Source: Pavona decussata (taxonomy: Eukaryota). Taken from it: a stretch of DNA of 64,000 bases. The DNA lies in the NCBI GenBank assembly GCA_977016875.1, contig CDRNST010000214.1:3162001-3226000 (forward strand), written 5' to 3'. The notes beneath the pieces are model-generated. The model saw only the letters and a list, made by a program, of their open reading frames with translations, made no database searches and had not been told where the DNA came from. Made by a program: the position numbers and the translations under genes. Shown here piece after piece: positions 26,311 through 40,000 of the stretch. Positions within the stretch are counted from its first letter, which is position 1, and every line of letters starts with the position of its first letter.

Positions 26311-28098
26311 AACCTCAGTCCGCTATTTTGGTGTTGTGACGCTCGAAGATCGACTACTTATGGAAAATGTTTGCATGGACAAGCACTGATGATGATGTCG
26401 GTTTCTCGTCGTGAAAGCAAATGACAACTTTTTTCTTGCGCTAGACACCACGTGACCGGATGTTGCTCGTGCACACTAACTTCCGGTTTAGAGACACGCT
26501 ATGAAATTGGTCTCATCCTGCCCAATTACAGGTAATGTGTTTAGTTTTACTAACCTGGGGTGAATATGAATGCAGTAAGCCAAATTGGGCTGAAAAAGCC
26601 GAGGAAATCAATTTAAACTGGAGGTCATTACACAAAAAAACATGTAAAAAATAATGATATCAAATTAAAAGATGATTTCGGTTTCAGAGCTATCTTTGTA
26701 CCAGAAAGTCGTTGCGCTCGAACATTTGGCCAACGCACAGCAAGTTTCTCTTGCCGTTCCGGTCACGGCTGGGATATCACCGGCCTCACATGATGCCACG
26801 TACACTGTTTAATTTTATATATCCCGCACTAGAAAATAAGCCGATCGGCATGCCATATGGCACGAAACCAGGAACTTAACAAAACAACAACTGAACAAGA
26901 AAATGCACATACCTTAAATCCTCGAATAAACGCCCCGCTCAATTAACACCCCCACCCCTCGCCTCCACGCCTCCTCCACCCCTCCTCCTCCCTCTGTTTC
27001 TGTTTGTAAGAGTACTGAAGTGTGAAACTCGTCATTTTGTACAATCGTCATGATCAGTATTAAAAAAAAAAAGAGTTGTCTTGGCTATGCTACTTGTTTT
27101 ACAGCACCAAACTTGTTTCTTTTATTCCAAGTCACATATTACAATTTCCAGGGCCATGTATTTGCATTATTAAAGTGTGCCGCTATTAGAACTCAGTATG
27201 AACAGTTTTCAAGTTAGTGCGCATGTTACCGTGTTTTGCTGTTTGCACGCAAATGTTTCAGTATAATGTTGCAAAAATAAATAACAATCTGGTCACGATT
27301 TGGCAAAAACGAAAGTGACTCTTGCCTTATATTATTTTCATTTTTCAGTTTACTGGCAAAATTTCCTTGTTGGCACAAATTAAAATTGATTCAGTTCATT
27401 GTGGAGGTAAAGTTCTGAAAGTTCGCCAACTGAGTGACACTTAGCTGGTGATTAAGTTAAACTGAAGTATTCAAAAGAATTCGAAACCTTTCTTCAGCGG
27501 ATTTCCTTAATCACTGTATGAACGTAGCCTACTAAAGAGTGAGTCAATTGAGATCCAAGGCTTAATTTTGGTAAAAAGTAATTCAATCATTTCAGTGATG
27601 TAAGATTCCGCTGAATGATGAAAAAAAGATTTATATCATCCTCCAGTGGGATCTGCGGCAAAATTTTGACTGGAAGCTGGAATATGAGCAAAATTTAGGC
27701 TGGGAAATGGGATAGTTGTTCTCGGACAAACACCAGCGGGAAAATGTGCTTATCTGCTTATGTTTCGGAATTTCGTCGGTGGTTTGTAAAGTAAAACCAA
27801 ACGTAAAGTAAAATTAAATTATTTAAAGTTGTGAATATGTACCCTTCTTTGTGAGCAAAATGCTGATTTATTGAAAAAAAAAAAAAAAAAAAAAAAACCA
27901 GCCTCGTCAGGCTTTTCTGCGGTAGGCCACCCCTCCCATGCCTGTCTTCTAGGAGGGAGAAGGACTGAAACTAGCCCCAGTACTATTGGAAGTTGTCCGC
28001 GAAGACCGCCATCTTTGTTTATCAAGGAATGACGGAAGTACTGTGGGGTTGCTGTACTGTGGCAATCTGGAGTTATGCTGATAAAAACTTAGTTATTT
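26311..28098. promoter_or_regulatory. Divergent promoter interval between DCUN1D3 and TAB1
   Basis: Start codons are head-to-head 1.8 kb apart; CACGTGAC (~26448) and ACTTCCGG (~26479) lie near DCUN1D3, CGCCATCT (~28007) and CGGAAGT (~28033) near TAB1. Confidence 0.5.
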
Positions 28099-31000
28099 AT
28101 GGCAGCGAAACGCACCTCAACGCTTGTAAGTATTCAGCTGAGATACTGGTGATGCTCGTTTGTTGCTTTTCTATGCTTAGCGTGCATGAATTTCGAAAAC
28201 TTACGGGGCGTAGATGTACCGATGAATTCGAAATTACCGATGTGTTCGAAGTACCGATGAATGAACCGATGAACGTACCGATGAATTAGAAATTCAACTT
28301 CCACCCACCCCGGGGATTTGAAGTTTTGGATATTGGCTTGTTTTTAAATTCTTGCCTCCCAAGGCCAAAAAAGCCGTTCACCCATAAGTGCTGAGCTCCA
28401 AGGCATTTTCTCCACTCAGGACAAAGTTTCAGTTTCATTCAATCACCGATCATGCTGCAAACAGTGACATATTGATAACACCTTCAGAAACCATTTTCAA
28501 GCCGTTTTGAGTGAGTCATTCACGTGCAGGTTCCTTGGTTACCTTGTGTGCCAGCGGAATGTCAGACAACTCGCCCCCCAGACAACTAGCCCCAGATTAC
28601 TCGCCCCCTGATATATAGACAACTAGCCCCCAATAATGAATATGTAGACGATTAGCCCCCAATGAAAACTTATATTTTTTTGAGCTGAGAAAGTAATAAT
28701 TTCGTGAAAGAAGAATGCTCTGCTGTAAGAGCATACGAGACCAAAGCGTATCGATCGCATCGTTCGTGTAACACATGAACGTGGACATTTTTTAATCCAA
28801 AAATCGAGCTCAAAAATTTAAATCACCTGCAATGAAACAGCTCTTACCGTTTTTGTTTTATAATTAGAAGCACTCTGCGATAGAACAAGATCCAAAACAA
28901 ACACAAATATGTAAAACTAACCGCCATCTTGTTTTAAGCGCGTTCAAGAATTTGCCAGGTCGCTAAGCATATTATGATGTAAACAATGACTTTCCCTTTT
29001 TGACGCCGAATTCCAGTAAATTACTGTGCGGTAGGAATTTTTTATGTAATAATAGATGTGTTGGTCATTGACTTTTGTAGGGTTGGTGGCTCCTAAAGGA
29101 GCCGTTGGTTTTTTTTTGGTTCCTAAAAGAACCGTTGGTTTGTTGTGTGTCATCACTGCATCACTAAGTGGGAGCAGGCATCCAGCAGCTGTTTGGAGTT
29201 CTTGCGGCCTTCCTCGAAGTCATTCCATAGACCAAACAGCTTCTTCTGCATGTTTCGGTAAGTTGTTCGCTGGTGTCTCCGAAGCCTCCTGTCTGACACG
29301 AGTCGGATTTGAAGAGACACAAGTGACGCTTCCTTCTGGAGTAGTTGGATAAGCACGTACAGGGGCAGTTGAGATCTACCTTTGGCGCGTCTGTTTAAGC
29401 CGTTGTGCCATCCTTCTAGATCTTGTGGCCGCAACTGTTGACGCACGCGGTTAGCAGTTCGGTGGAGACTGTCGAGACGGGGTAGGCTGGGGCAAGGAGC
29501 GTCTGGTAACTCGTGGAGCAGAACATTGTTGACAACCTCTGATGCCGGTTTGAAGAGGTCTTTCGAGGCTTCCTGTTTGACAAGGGACTTGATTTTAGTA
29601 GCTATGAGCGCTCCGACTGGTGCGGCGTGGTTGTGGTCGTTCTTCCCCACTTCGAAATGGTTTGATGATCGCTGTATTACGGTAGCCTTGCAGCGGTTGC
29701 CCTGAAAAACAGTAAGAGTAAATCAGTAAATCAACCTAACTTAACCTAATCAATAAAACCTAATAGATAACTATTCGTCAGAGCGAACCTGATTGAGGTT
29801 AGTTAACCATAGTTTAAATTGTTTCCTTCATAAAAGCCGCTTTCGGATTTTACAGAAATAACAGCATAAGTTAAAGTTTACTTGGATCCTATGTCAAAGT
29901 CAGTGGATATTCTGGTTGGTGTGGATGGATATTTAGTTGTATTTAAAATTAATCAATTTCTTACCATAGGTCGAACGGTGCATTGCCAGTCTGTTGCGTT
30001 TACACGTTGTCTCTTAACGTTGTAGCTGTAACCCCAGCTGTCGATCAGTTTTTGTTTTCCTCTCTCGCTGGCACCCTCCACGATTTGAAACGTCAGGGGC
30101 AGGTTGACTGGCTCCACTGGTTGAGGCGTGGGCTCTTCGATCGTGGACTCCTCAATGGACGGCTGAGCTGGGAGATCATATACTGTAGACTCGAACGAGT
30201 CGGCGGCTGATGAGGAAACAGGAGGGTTGAATTCTTCAGACTCAAGGATGTCCGCTGATGTCTCTGAGTAAGCGGCTGATTGGGACACAGGTGGGTTAAA
30301 CTCTTCAGACTCGAGGATGTCTGTTGTGGTCTCTGTTACCGTGGTGCTCTCTGCGATGGGGTGCTCTAGACGACAGGACTGGCAAAACCACACGATATCT
30401 TTACCCGCCTGGACAGCAGCGCGATATTCTGGTTGAGAAATACCTGTGTGAAAAAAAAACAACAACAACAAATGTAAGAATACGGACTGATTTTATCTAA
30501 AGAAAATATGTGACATTCTCACGGCTTGTGTTTGTTGGAATTTTGTTGTTTAAGTGAATGCGATGTTCAGCTATAATAAAAACAAGTTTTAATGTCACTT
30601 ACCAGTGTAACAAGTTCTTTGGTTCCATCTCAGACAACCATCGCACTGAACCCCTTGTTGTCTCTCTCTCACAGGTTCTTTACACAGGATACAATTGTCA
30701 CTTATAGAAGCCATTCTGGTCGTTCGCGTATTGAAAACGTATTCGTTTGGTTATGAGATGTTTCTCGTATGGTGATCAATGATCGGATGAGCGTTTTAGT
30801 AGCTTTTCTGTTCTTATACACACGATGGGTTGTTTAATTAATTCGTTAGGATCACATTAAATTCATCTTAACTGTGATTTGTTGTTTTCATTCATTCATT
30901 TAATCATTTGTCGTTAAAAGGTTAACAATAGCATACATGCGTGTTTTCTGAGAGGTAAGGTAAGTTTTGCTTTGTCTAATTAAATATTAATGACTCGCTC

Positions 31001-34000
31001 ACTTTGGAACACTTTTTTAACATCGTTATTATCAATATTGTCATAAACAAACGTTTTTTTTTTTATGTAAGTTAAAGTTAAGCTAGTTAATAAAGTACTG
31101 CATTTAGCGTTCCCATGTCAGCGGCGTTCCCGCAATTGATAACCCGCGATTGATACGCTCGATCATGTGTGCTTGAAATTTTAGTTTACAAAATGTTCAT
31201 GTGTTACGCCGATTGATACGCTCGATCATGTGTGCTTGAAATTTTAGTTTACAAAATGTTCATGTGTTACGCGATTGATACGCGCGATCATGTGTGCTTG
31301 AAATTGTAGTTTACAAAATGCTCATGTGTTACGCGATTGATGCGCTCGATCATGTGTGCTTGAAATTTTAGGTTACAAAATGTTCATGTGTTACGCGATT
31401 GATACGCTCAATCATGTGTTCGTAAGTTTTGGTTTCATATTTACTTATATTTAGCTTTCTTCTTTAACGAAATTTATTTCTTACTATTATCATCTTTATA
31501 CTGGGGGCTAGTTGTCTAAAGATCGGGGGGCTAGTAGTCTGGGGCTAGTTGTCTGGGGGGCGAGTAGTCCGGATACCATGCCAGCGCGCGTGTAAGAAAC
31601 CTCTGCAAACATCTGTCCGATTCTTTGTTCTGCCGCAAACCTGGACGTGAAAATTAAAAGTCCTGTTTTTTAAGCACTAGTAATCCCAGGTGCAAGTTAG
31701 GCCCTGAGGAACACTTTCTGTTGACACATGTATGGCAGATATAGATTTGGGGCTGGTTCACACTGGTGATGGAATTAGAAAGTATAAGAGACCTTCCGTT
31801 CCAGTGTGAATCAAAAAACGAAGACAGAATCTTTATCGTAAGCTTGACAGAATCAGAATTACAAGGGTCTGAGAGTTTCCTTTTTCTTTTTATTCTGTCA
31901 CATATGATCAAGTGTGAACTGGTTGATTGGAATCAGAAGCGCAAGTAGAAGAATAAACCAATCAAATAGCTCATTCCCAATCCCTTTATGCAAGATTTAT
32001 GATGGAAAACATGGTGGCCTTCTGCCATTTTGAATAAAAGCGCTGCTTCCATTTCTGCTTCCATTGTTTTAAGTCATGCTAGGTCAGAAGATTCTTCTGA
32101 TTCCAACTCCAGTTCCGATTCCGCTTCCATTACTTCTGTTGTTAGAGTGAACCAGGCCTTACATGTATGGTTTACCTCTTAGTCTCAGAGCCCCACTGAG
32201 AACTGGACAGATGATCTTCCAGTCTGCAAGCTGTCTGGTGTGGGTTTCTTAACCAATCAGAGATACAGAGAAGATGGCGGAAGGAGGGAGGAACATGAGT
32301 TTGAGGACAGAAGCTTTCATTTTAATGTAGATGACACATATCTGTATGGTGTGTTCGATGGCCATGATGGGACTAGGGCTTCAGATTTTACTGTTCAGCG
32401 CCTTCCTGCAGAACTCTTACTTGGTCAGCTCACAGGTTTGTGTCTCAACTTTTGAAAGTCTAATACGATGCTGTTCAGTGCTTGACCTTAACTTTTTTGC
32501 TAAATAGTCCTTGGGCTAGTGTGGTATAAAATTTACTAGCCAAAAGTCATTACCTGGAAGCCAAGCCCTGAATCATGTTTGAATAATAATGATGTTTATT
32601 TGTCAAAAATGTGATAAAACCCACTTTCAAAACTTTCTTTTTTCTTGCTTCCTCTTTTGTTAATAGAATCTTTTTATCTTTCTCCTTTACTTATCTTTCT
32701 AAGACATATTCTTAAGGGACCAGCCCAGTGGCTAGTAAACCTCAAATTTTAGTAACCCAAAGCCAATATTTACTAGTCATGGTCCAGTGGACTACTGCTA
32801 AGGTCGAGCACTGCTGTTACAACTTTCAAACCAGTGCAGGGTCCTAAAATTACACTAAGCAACTTACAAACTCTATAGAATAACAGGTAAAAGACAAGCT
32901 GTATTAACAAGCAAAGAATCTCAATGCTTAAAGATAGTTGAATGACTGGTTCTAAGACCAAATTGAAAATACATTAAATATAATAAATTAATAGAAAAAA
33001 TATGTATAACCGTAGTCACTGGATATTTATTGGGGACAGAGAGGCAGACATAGGAAGCGAATGTGGATAAATGAGCACAACTGTGCTTATGTTATTAAAT
33101 ATATACTGGAACGCCCTTGATAATGAGACATACCAGGTAACAGCCTGAATAAAATTTTGCATAACCTTTATAAATTTTTCATTTAGTTAGTTTCATGTCA
33201 CAATGGTGTTTTTCATTTGAGGGAGGGCTTTTTGTAATGATAATTATTGAGAAAATGCAAGTAGTCCAGTGGGGAGCTTTTAAAATAGAGCTTTTATGCA
33301 AAGCATTGGCTGTTTGGTTTCCTGGGCCAGATTCACAAAGTTCTTCTTAGTTAAGGTATTTCCCATGTATTGTTTCTTAAAGTGCGCCTAACCCCAAAAA
33401 ATTTTAAATAAATCTTTGCACCTGTTCATAATGCATTGAGCCTTTTTGCGCCTTTTTTCAACCAAATCTTGACTTTTTATAGGCTGTAAAAGTTACGAAA
33501 TCTAGTCATCATCTGTCCCATGACCGAGCTAGTAAGGGGCATGGGTCTATTCCTTACATGACGTCACAAACAGAAGGAAGGAAGGAATAGACCCATCCCC
33601 CTTACTAGCTCGGTCACGGGACAGATGATGGCTAGATTTCGTAACTTTTGCAGCCTATGAAAGGTCAAGATTTGGTTGAAAAAGGCGCCAAATAGCGCAA
33701 TATGTTTCGAACAGGTGCAAAGATTTATTTAAGAGAAAAACAATTTGGGGGTTAGGTGCACTTTAACAATATCAAGACTGTTGTTGGACTAACAATAGGC
33801 TATTGTCAAGAAACAGTACTTGGGATACATCTTAACTTATGAGGGCCTCATAAACCCAGCCTTTGATTAGTAATTAAGAGTTATTTCAAATCTATTTATT
33901 GTACAGAACTTTTGTCTTTTCTTAATGGATAATCAGATGTCAAAAGACTAAAAACAGTGACTTTAATTTAGCCATATATCTTCTTTTGTTCATCAGCTAG

Positions 34001-37000
34001 TATGAATGATGAACAGATCAAGGCAGCTATCAAACAGGCTTTCATTGGTGTTGAGAAAGGATTTTTCCAGTCTTTTGATGACGCCTTGGCTGAGAAAACA
34101 GAACTCCAGCTACAGATGCCAGAGGTACAACTTACTATCTGTGGTAGTTGTCCTTCACTTAAATGAATAATTGGTTTTATCAATAATTAAATGCCATTTT
34201 GCTTGATTTGAAGATATTTTTCTTTAAGTCATGTGACTCATGAAAGCCCTTTCATACCACAGTTCCTTCTGATTATAAGGTCTTGCATGTTATTGGTTAT
34301 AACCCACATTCCAGAAATATTTTCAAAATTTGCATAATGCTTGTGTTTTATCAGGATTTAAAACCATGAGGCGCAGCTGAGTGTTTTTAGACCCGATAAA
34401 ACACGTGCTGCAAGTTTTTTGAACGGCTTCAAGAACATTCCTGGAAAAGCGTGTGTCAAGAGAGTTCATAACAATGACCTTTGGTGAACGTTGGAAATTA
34501 GCATACGAGAAAAACATTTAACACCAGATACTAATAGGGAGGAGGTTTTATCGGGTTTTAAAACCACTGCACGTGATGTTTTATCGACCATTTGATAGGT
34601 CGATGGGCTTATGAATTATTAATGAGTTTTTGAAGGTCTTGTTACATGCTTGATAAAAACCTATGATTATGGGCAAGATTTCCATTTTTCATTTGCAATA
34701 AAAACCTACATGTCTGATTATGGGCAAAATTTCCAAAATGAAATGCAAAACAGCAAATAAAACATTGGAGCAACATTTCCTGAAGGAATTCAAGGCCACA
34801 AGCAAAAACTCAGATGAATCTGAGCTAAAACAACAAAAAGCGAATATCTGAAAAGTCATTTGGGTCGGTTATGCTCTCAGCTCTTCAAATATCCTGAGTC
34901 TTTTATCGGGATTTTAGACCAGATAAAACACATGCTGCAGGTTTTTTGAATGGCTTCAAAAACATTCCTGGAAATGTGTGTATCAAGAGAGCTCATAACA
35001 ATTATGCCTTTAGGAATGTTAGAAATAATATTAGCATACGAAAAAAATGTTAAACACCGCATACTAATAAGAGGGAGCTTTTGTTGGGTTTCAAAACCTG
35101 ACTGCACATGATGTTTTATCAACCATTTGATAGGTCAATGGCTTATGAATTATTAATGAGTTTTTGAAGTCTACTAGATAACCTCTTAACCAGGTTTCAA
35201 ACAACTGGGGACAGTTTGCAAATATTTTCAGGGTCTGAGCTCTTATGAGGCATACCAGAAGTTTCCAGAACAAGTTAACAGGATACAGGCCTTGCAGGAT
35301 GAGATCAGTGGAGGAACAACAGCTGTGGTAGCTCTCATCTTCCAGAAGAAGCTCTTTGTAGCCAATGTGGGTGACTCCAGAGCACTCTTGTGTAAAGAGA
35401 CACCAGAGGGTAACGTCTCTGTAGAACAGGTAATAATTATTCAACAATGACAGTGATGATGATAATCATAGAGCAGTTTTTAGTTGAGTGTTGAAAGTAA
35501 TTCTCACATGGTAGTGAACCTATGTGCCAAATAAAACTTATTAAGAGTAGTTTGAATTTTGGTTACTAAAAATCTTCATTAGAATAATTAAAACTAATGT
35601 TGTCCAACATTTCAATGTTACTTCCACATTATCAAGGCAAAGTGACTGTTTGTTCATGGCTTTTGTGCTTATGTAAATAGCTTTGCATGGATGAGCACAA
35701 AAGAAACAAAATGTCTATGATATTGTTTATTGTTTTCCTCTTATGTATTCAAACCACAAAGAAACAGTCACTTTGCCTTGATGATGAAATATGATGGAAG
35801 TAACATTGAAGCATCATTGTTTTAGTTTGAATTTTACAAACAAATTTCCACTTACTTTTAGCATACATGTAGTTTTTGACCCGGCTCTTTGACTGGACTA
35901 CTGGCAAATGGTTAATGAAACCCAACCTTATACCTGTAATGCTGGTGGGGTAGGGACCTTGCAATTAATGTTACTAGTTGTTTCTTGCTGCAGAAACATT
36001 CAAATTGCAGGCCTCTAGACCCTCTCTGTAGATCCGTGGTTTGGGCATCTGACTGGTGTTCAAAGAAGATCGTGGTTTCGACTTCCTATACTGAGATTGT
36101 TTTTTTCTTTTTCTCCTGCTCATATGTTGCTTACTGTATCTTTCATATTTGATTAACAAACATGAAATAACAATACAAAAATTATTTAAGGTTACCGTAC
36201 ATACCTTCAGAGGTGTCACGTGTCCAAGCGATGTAGCGCGTCCAGTTTAAACTGTAGATACCTAAACCCCTATATCAAATTAATGCTTATAGAGCTAATT
36301 GTAGCTATCAAACTAAACCAAGAATTTTAAAATAGAATGAATTGTCGAATTTTTTACGACCTCTAAATGCGAGCATCCCAATCACGTTTTGAAAGCTACA
36401 AGTCAAAGCAAATTTTGTTTTTCACTAATTTAATTTGCTCCTCAGTTTCTGGACCCAAAGCGCTAAAAAAAATGTGTCTGCATTTTCCCATATTCAATCG
36501 CAGTGAAAAGTTACAGAACATTTTGGAAATAGGATGAAAAAAAATGTGGAGTGATCGTCCTTAAATCGCTCTCAGAGAAAAAATATTTCGAAAGAAAAAA
36601 TTCGCAGACACGTTTTTGTTGTATATAAACTAGCTACTGTCCAAATTTGAAGGCAAATGAACAAATTCCCTTTGAGTTTTAGCTCTTTAAAGTGTCTCCT
36701 CCAAGTGAAAAAATTCATTCGAGAAAACAGTGCTAAAAATTCGGCAATTCATTTTCAAAGTTCTTGGTATAGTTTGATAGCCAGCTCTATAAGCTTTAAT
36801 TTGGTATAAGGGTTCATGTATCTACCTTTTAAACCGGACGTGCTACATCGCTTGGATGCGAGACACCTCTAAAGGTATACGGTAAACTTAAACCGGTAAC
36901 ATATTTGGTTCTTTATCTTAATGTTGGTCCTGTTTCTAATAAAGTGGCTGTTGTGCATGCAACACTGCTTCTAGTAAATAATACAGAACTGCGCAAATTA

Positions 37001-40000
37001 TACAAGAAAATGTTATTTTCCCATTTATGGCTGTATTTCAGCATTTTGAGTTAATTTCCCATGCAAAGTCTATAAATCGTCATCAGGTTCATGGCTTGGC
37101 TGCCTCTGATAAGGCACTGACATTCCTGTGGAAAAAATAGAGCCTTTTTGTTGAGAGGAAGGGGTGAGGGGCAAGGAAACCTTATCCCACGTTAGGGACC
37201 ATAACCCCAAACTATTCAATGAGCTCAATTGCGTGGGGGAAAGGCTAAAAGGTTAGAGGGGTGTAGACTGGGGCAACAATGTGACCACTTCAAAAGCCTG
37301 TGCAGCTTTGTTGCTTGGATTGTAAAAGACCCATGCTCAAGGACTCAAGATTGTGACAAATAATATATATCCTGGTTTCCTTTCAATTTTAGCTGAGTGT
37401 TGATCATGTCACAAATAATGATGAAGAGCTGAAAAGACTTGCAAACCTTGGCCTTGACATTCAACAAATTCAACGAAACCATAGGATTGGGAACCAGGAG
37501 AACACAAGGAGCATTGGGGACTATGGTGTAAAGGGTGGCTACAAGGACTTTGATATTCTGAGGTACAGAAACGTTCCCTTAAAATTCAGTCGTCTACGTA
37601 ATACGTAATATATCAAACACAAGGCACTGTGTTTCATCACTAATATCATGGGTGACAAATTACTCCTTAATATTGGCATGAAATTTCAGCATTAATTTAT
37701 AATTTCACATGTGAAATTACAAAATTGCTATGGCAACATCCAGTGTTCCAGATAACTTTTAAAATCAGAGAGTCAATGAAGAATTTTGAGGGGTCAATAG
37801 CTCTGGTTCTCTCTAAATCTTCTCAAGTTTACCATTCATTTTGCCAGGTCAGGAAGCCAGGCTTCTCGGGTTTTTGACCTGAGACCCCTCTCTTATCTGG
37901 AATACTGAACGTCTCAGTGCCAAGATGGCATCCAGGTTTAAAGATGTTACAAATGAAAGAAGTTACGGCATTAAAAGACGCTGCAGAAAACCTAAATATG
38001 AGAAAGAGCACAATTAACTGGGTGACGGTTTTTGAGAACTGGTGGGATGAAAATGGCCTTGACAAAAACCCTGAGATGGTTCGTCCTGAGCAGTTGGATA
38101 AAGTATTCGAGGGGTTTTTGCCTGCGTGTGTAAACAAGACGGAACCGACCACGATTGTGAGCATAATTTGTCACCTGTGATTTTAAAACGTAATCAAATG
38201 GTCTACTCGTGAAATTAGGAAATAATTTCACTTGCTTTTTGTCAAAATTCAATTACATAATTATACGTATCAAAGACCGAGAAGAGAGTTGAAAATATGA
38301 TGCGTAGCGGAGAGTATTTTTGACAAACTACGAGGTTTTTGATATTGTGACAAAACACTGTGATGAGTGTTTGATATAACTTCTCAAATAAACTGGGGAA
38401 ATTAAGGATGCAAAAATGAGGAGTCTTTTTATCAGGTATCCAAACACGTCACGGTGCATGATTTCCTTTGTCTTTGGCTTTTGAATTATTAATGAGTTTG
38501 AGAAGTGTATATATATCAAACACGAGGAAGAGTGTCTTATCCAATTTCCAAACATCAAGAAGTGGTTGAAAATATGAGCACAGCCAAGTTATTTTAACCA
38601 GCTTTGAGGTGTTTGGAAATTGCATGAAACACTCTTTCGAGTGTTTGATGTAACTTCTTTAACCATTAATAATTCTTGGAGAAATTCAAAACTAAAATTT
38701 AGTCAAATGTACAGTATAGTTTACGTTTCATCACATATTTGAATGTCACACTTTAGGATTTATCCACAGACTGGAGAGTTCAAATCTTATTACATGTACA
38801 GCATGATAAACATGGCATCACAGACAATTAGCTTTCATGAAATATCAAATGCTCCAACATTTAGAACTTCATCCACACAGTTAGAACCATTTTTTACAGC
38901 ATGCAGTGTTACTTTTTAACAATAAACAGCACAAACACTTGAACTAATGCAGACCACCCTTGCTCATCCCTCTCAAATTATACTGGTAGCTAGTGATTTT
39001 GCCACCTACAGACAATGATTTCCCTATTACTCGGAGGCAGGGATGGCACATTGGTGAGAGCGCTCGCCTCCCACTAATGTGGACCTGGTTTGATTCCCAG
39101 ACTCAACGTCATATGCGGGTTGAGTCTGTTGTTGGTTCCTGTCCTTGCTCCAACAGATTTTTTCGCAGCTACTCCGGTTTTCCCCTCTCATCACAAACCA
39201 ACATTTCCAAATTCCAATTCGATCTGGAGAGTGTCCCCTTTACTGTCAAATGCATTTGATAATCTCATCATGGAATTATGCACTATATAACAAACTACAA
39301 ACTTATTTTTATTTATTTTACTTCTCTAGTTATGTTGACTATTATTTTTAGGGGGGCTGAGCATCTATGGAGGAATTGTCTTAGTAGTTTTTCAGTAAAC
39401 ATGTGTGGAGGGCTGTGTGAGCCATATGATGATGTTTCATGACTCATTAAAAACATCATTGCAATCAAGCAGTTGATAATAATTAACTTTGAAGAGAAAC
39501 AGAATTTACATTAAAAATAAATAAATAAATAAATTTACATGTGTACTCCAGTTTGCTGATATTGAGAACTTTTCAATCATAATATGCCATCATGTTTATT
39601 CCATTGTGCATATGCATACCACTCATTGACATACCAATCCTAGCAGTATGCAGGATGTTTGTCCCATGAACCTAGTTTAATGGCCTTAGCTCCCACGAGT
39701 CTCCTGTAGCTCAGTGGTAGAGCATCCGAACTAGTAATCAGAAGGTCTTAGGTTCAACTCCCGATAGGAGCACTCGGATTTCCTTTTTCCGAGTATGCCT
39801 GTGTCACTCACTGAAATAATACATCATTCTCATAATTTATTTTGTTGGTGTCATTTCTAAAGTGTTGCAACAGAGGAACCAGTGATAGCTGAACCTCACA
39901 TTTGTGGCGGCATCCCAATAGATGAGACATTCTTTGCTCTAGTCTTAATGTCTGATGGAGTGTACAGATCAATTGAAGATGCTGCTGACATTGAAACTAA

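Larger units (their letters stand above)
28557..31577 (-). mobile_element. MULE/Mutator-like DNA transposon (FLYWCH type), internally deleted, in TAB1 intron 1
   Basis: Internally repetitive TIRs (gacaact(a/c)gcccc units at 28557-28640, inverted at 31500-31577); 9-bp flanking duplication gtgccagcg (28548-28556) / atgccagcg (31578-31586); encodes PHD + FLYWCH + MULE C-terminal motif. Confidence 0.88.

Noticed and set aside
26501-26531. ATG...ACAG|gtaatg as TAB1 first exon
   Set aside because: Phase 1 does not fit the phase-0 acceptor of exon 2, and 28099-28125 matches the known TAB1 N-terminus.
29774-29790. Second hammerhead (ttcgtcagagcgaa) in the MULE intron
   Set aside because: Only the CTGACGA half is present; no stem II or GAAA core follows.
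31145-31420. CRISPR-like array
   Set aside because: Head-to-tail repeat with no unique spacers, in eukaryotic DNA, with no cas genes.
39700-39772. Functional tRNA-Thr(AGT) genes (also 11451-11523)
   Set aside because: 8-nt anticodon loop, mismatched first acceptor pair, mutated stems, and embedding in a dispersed repeat.
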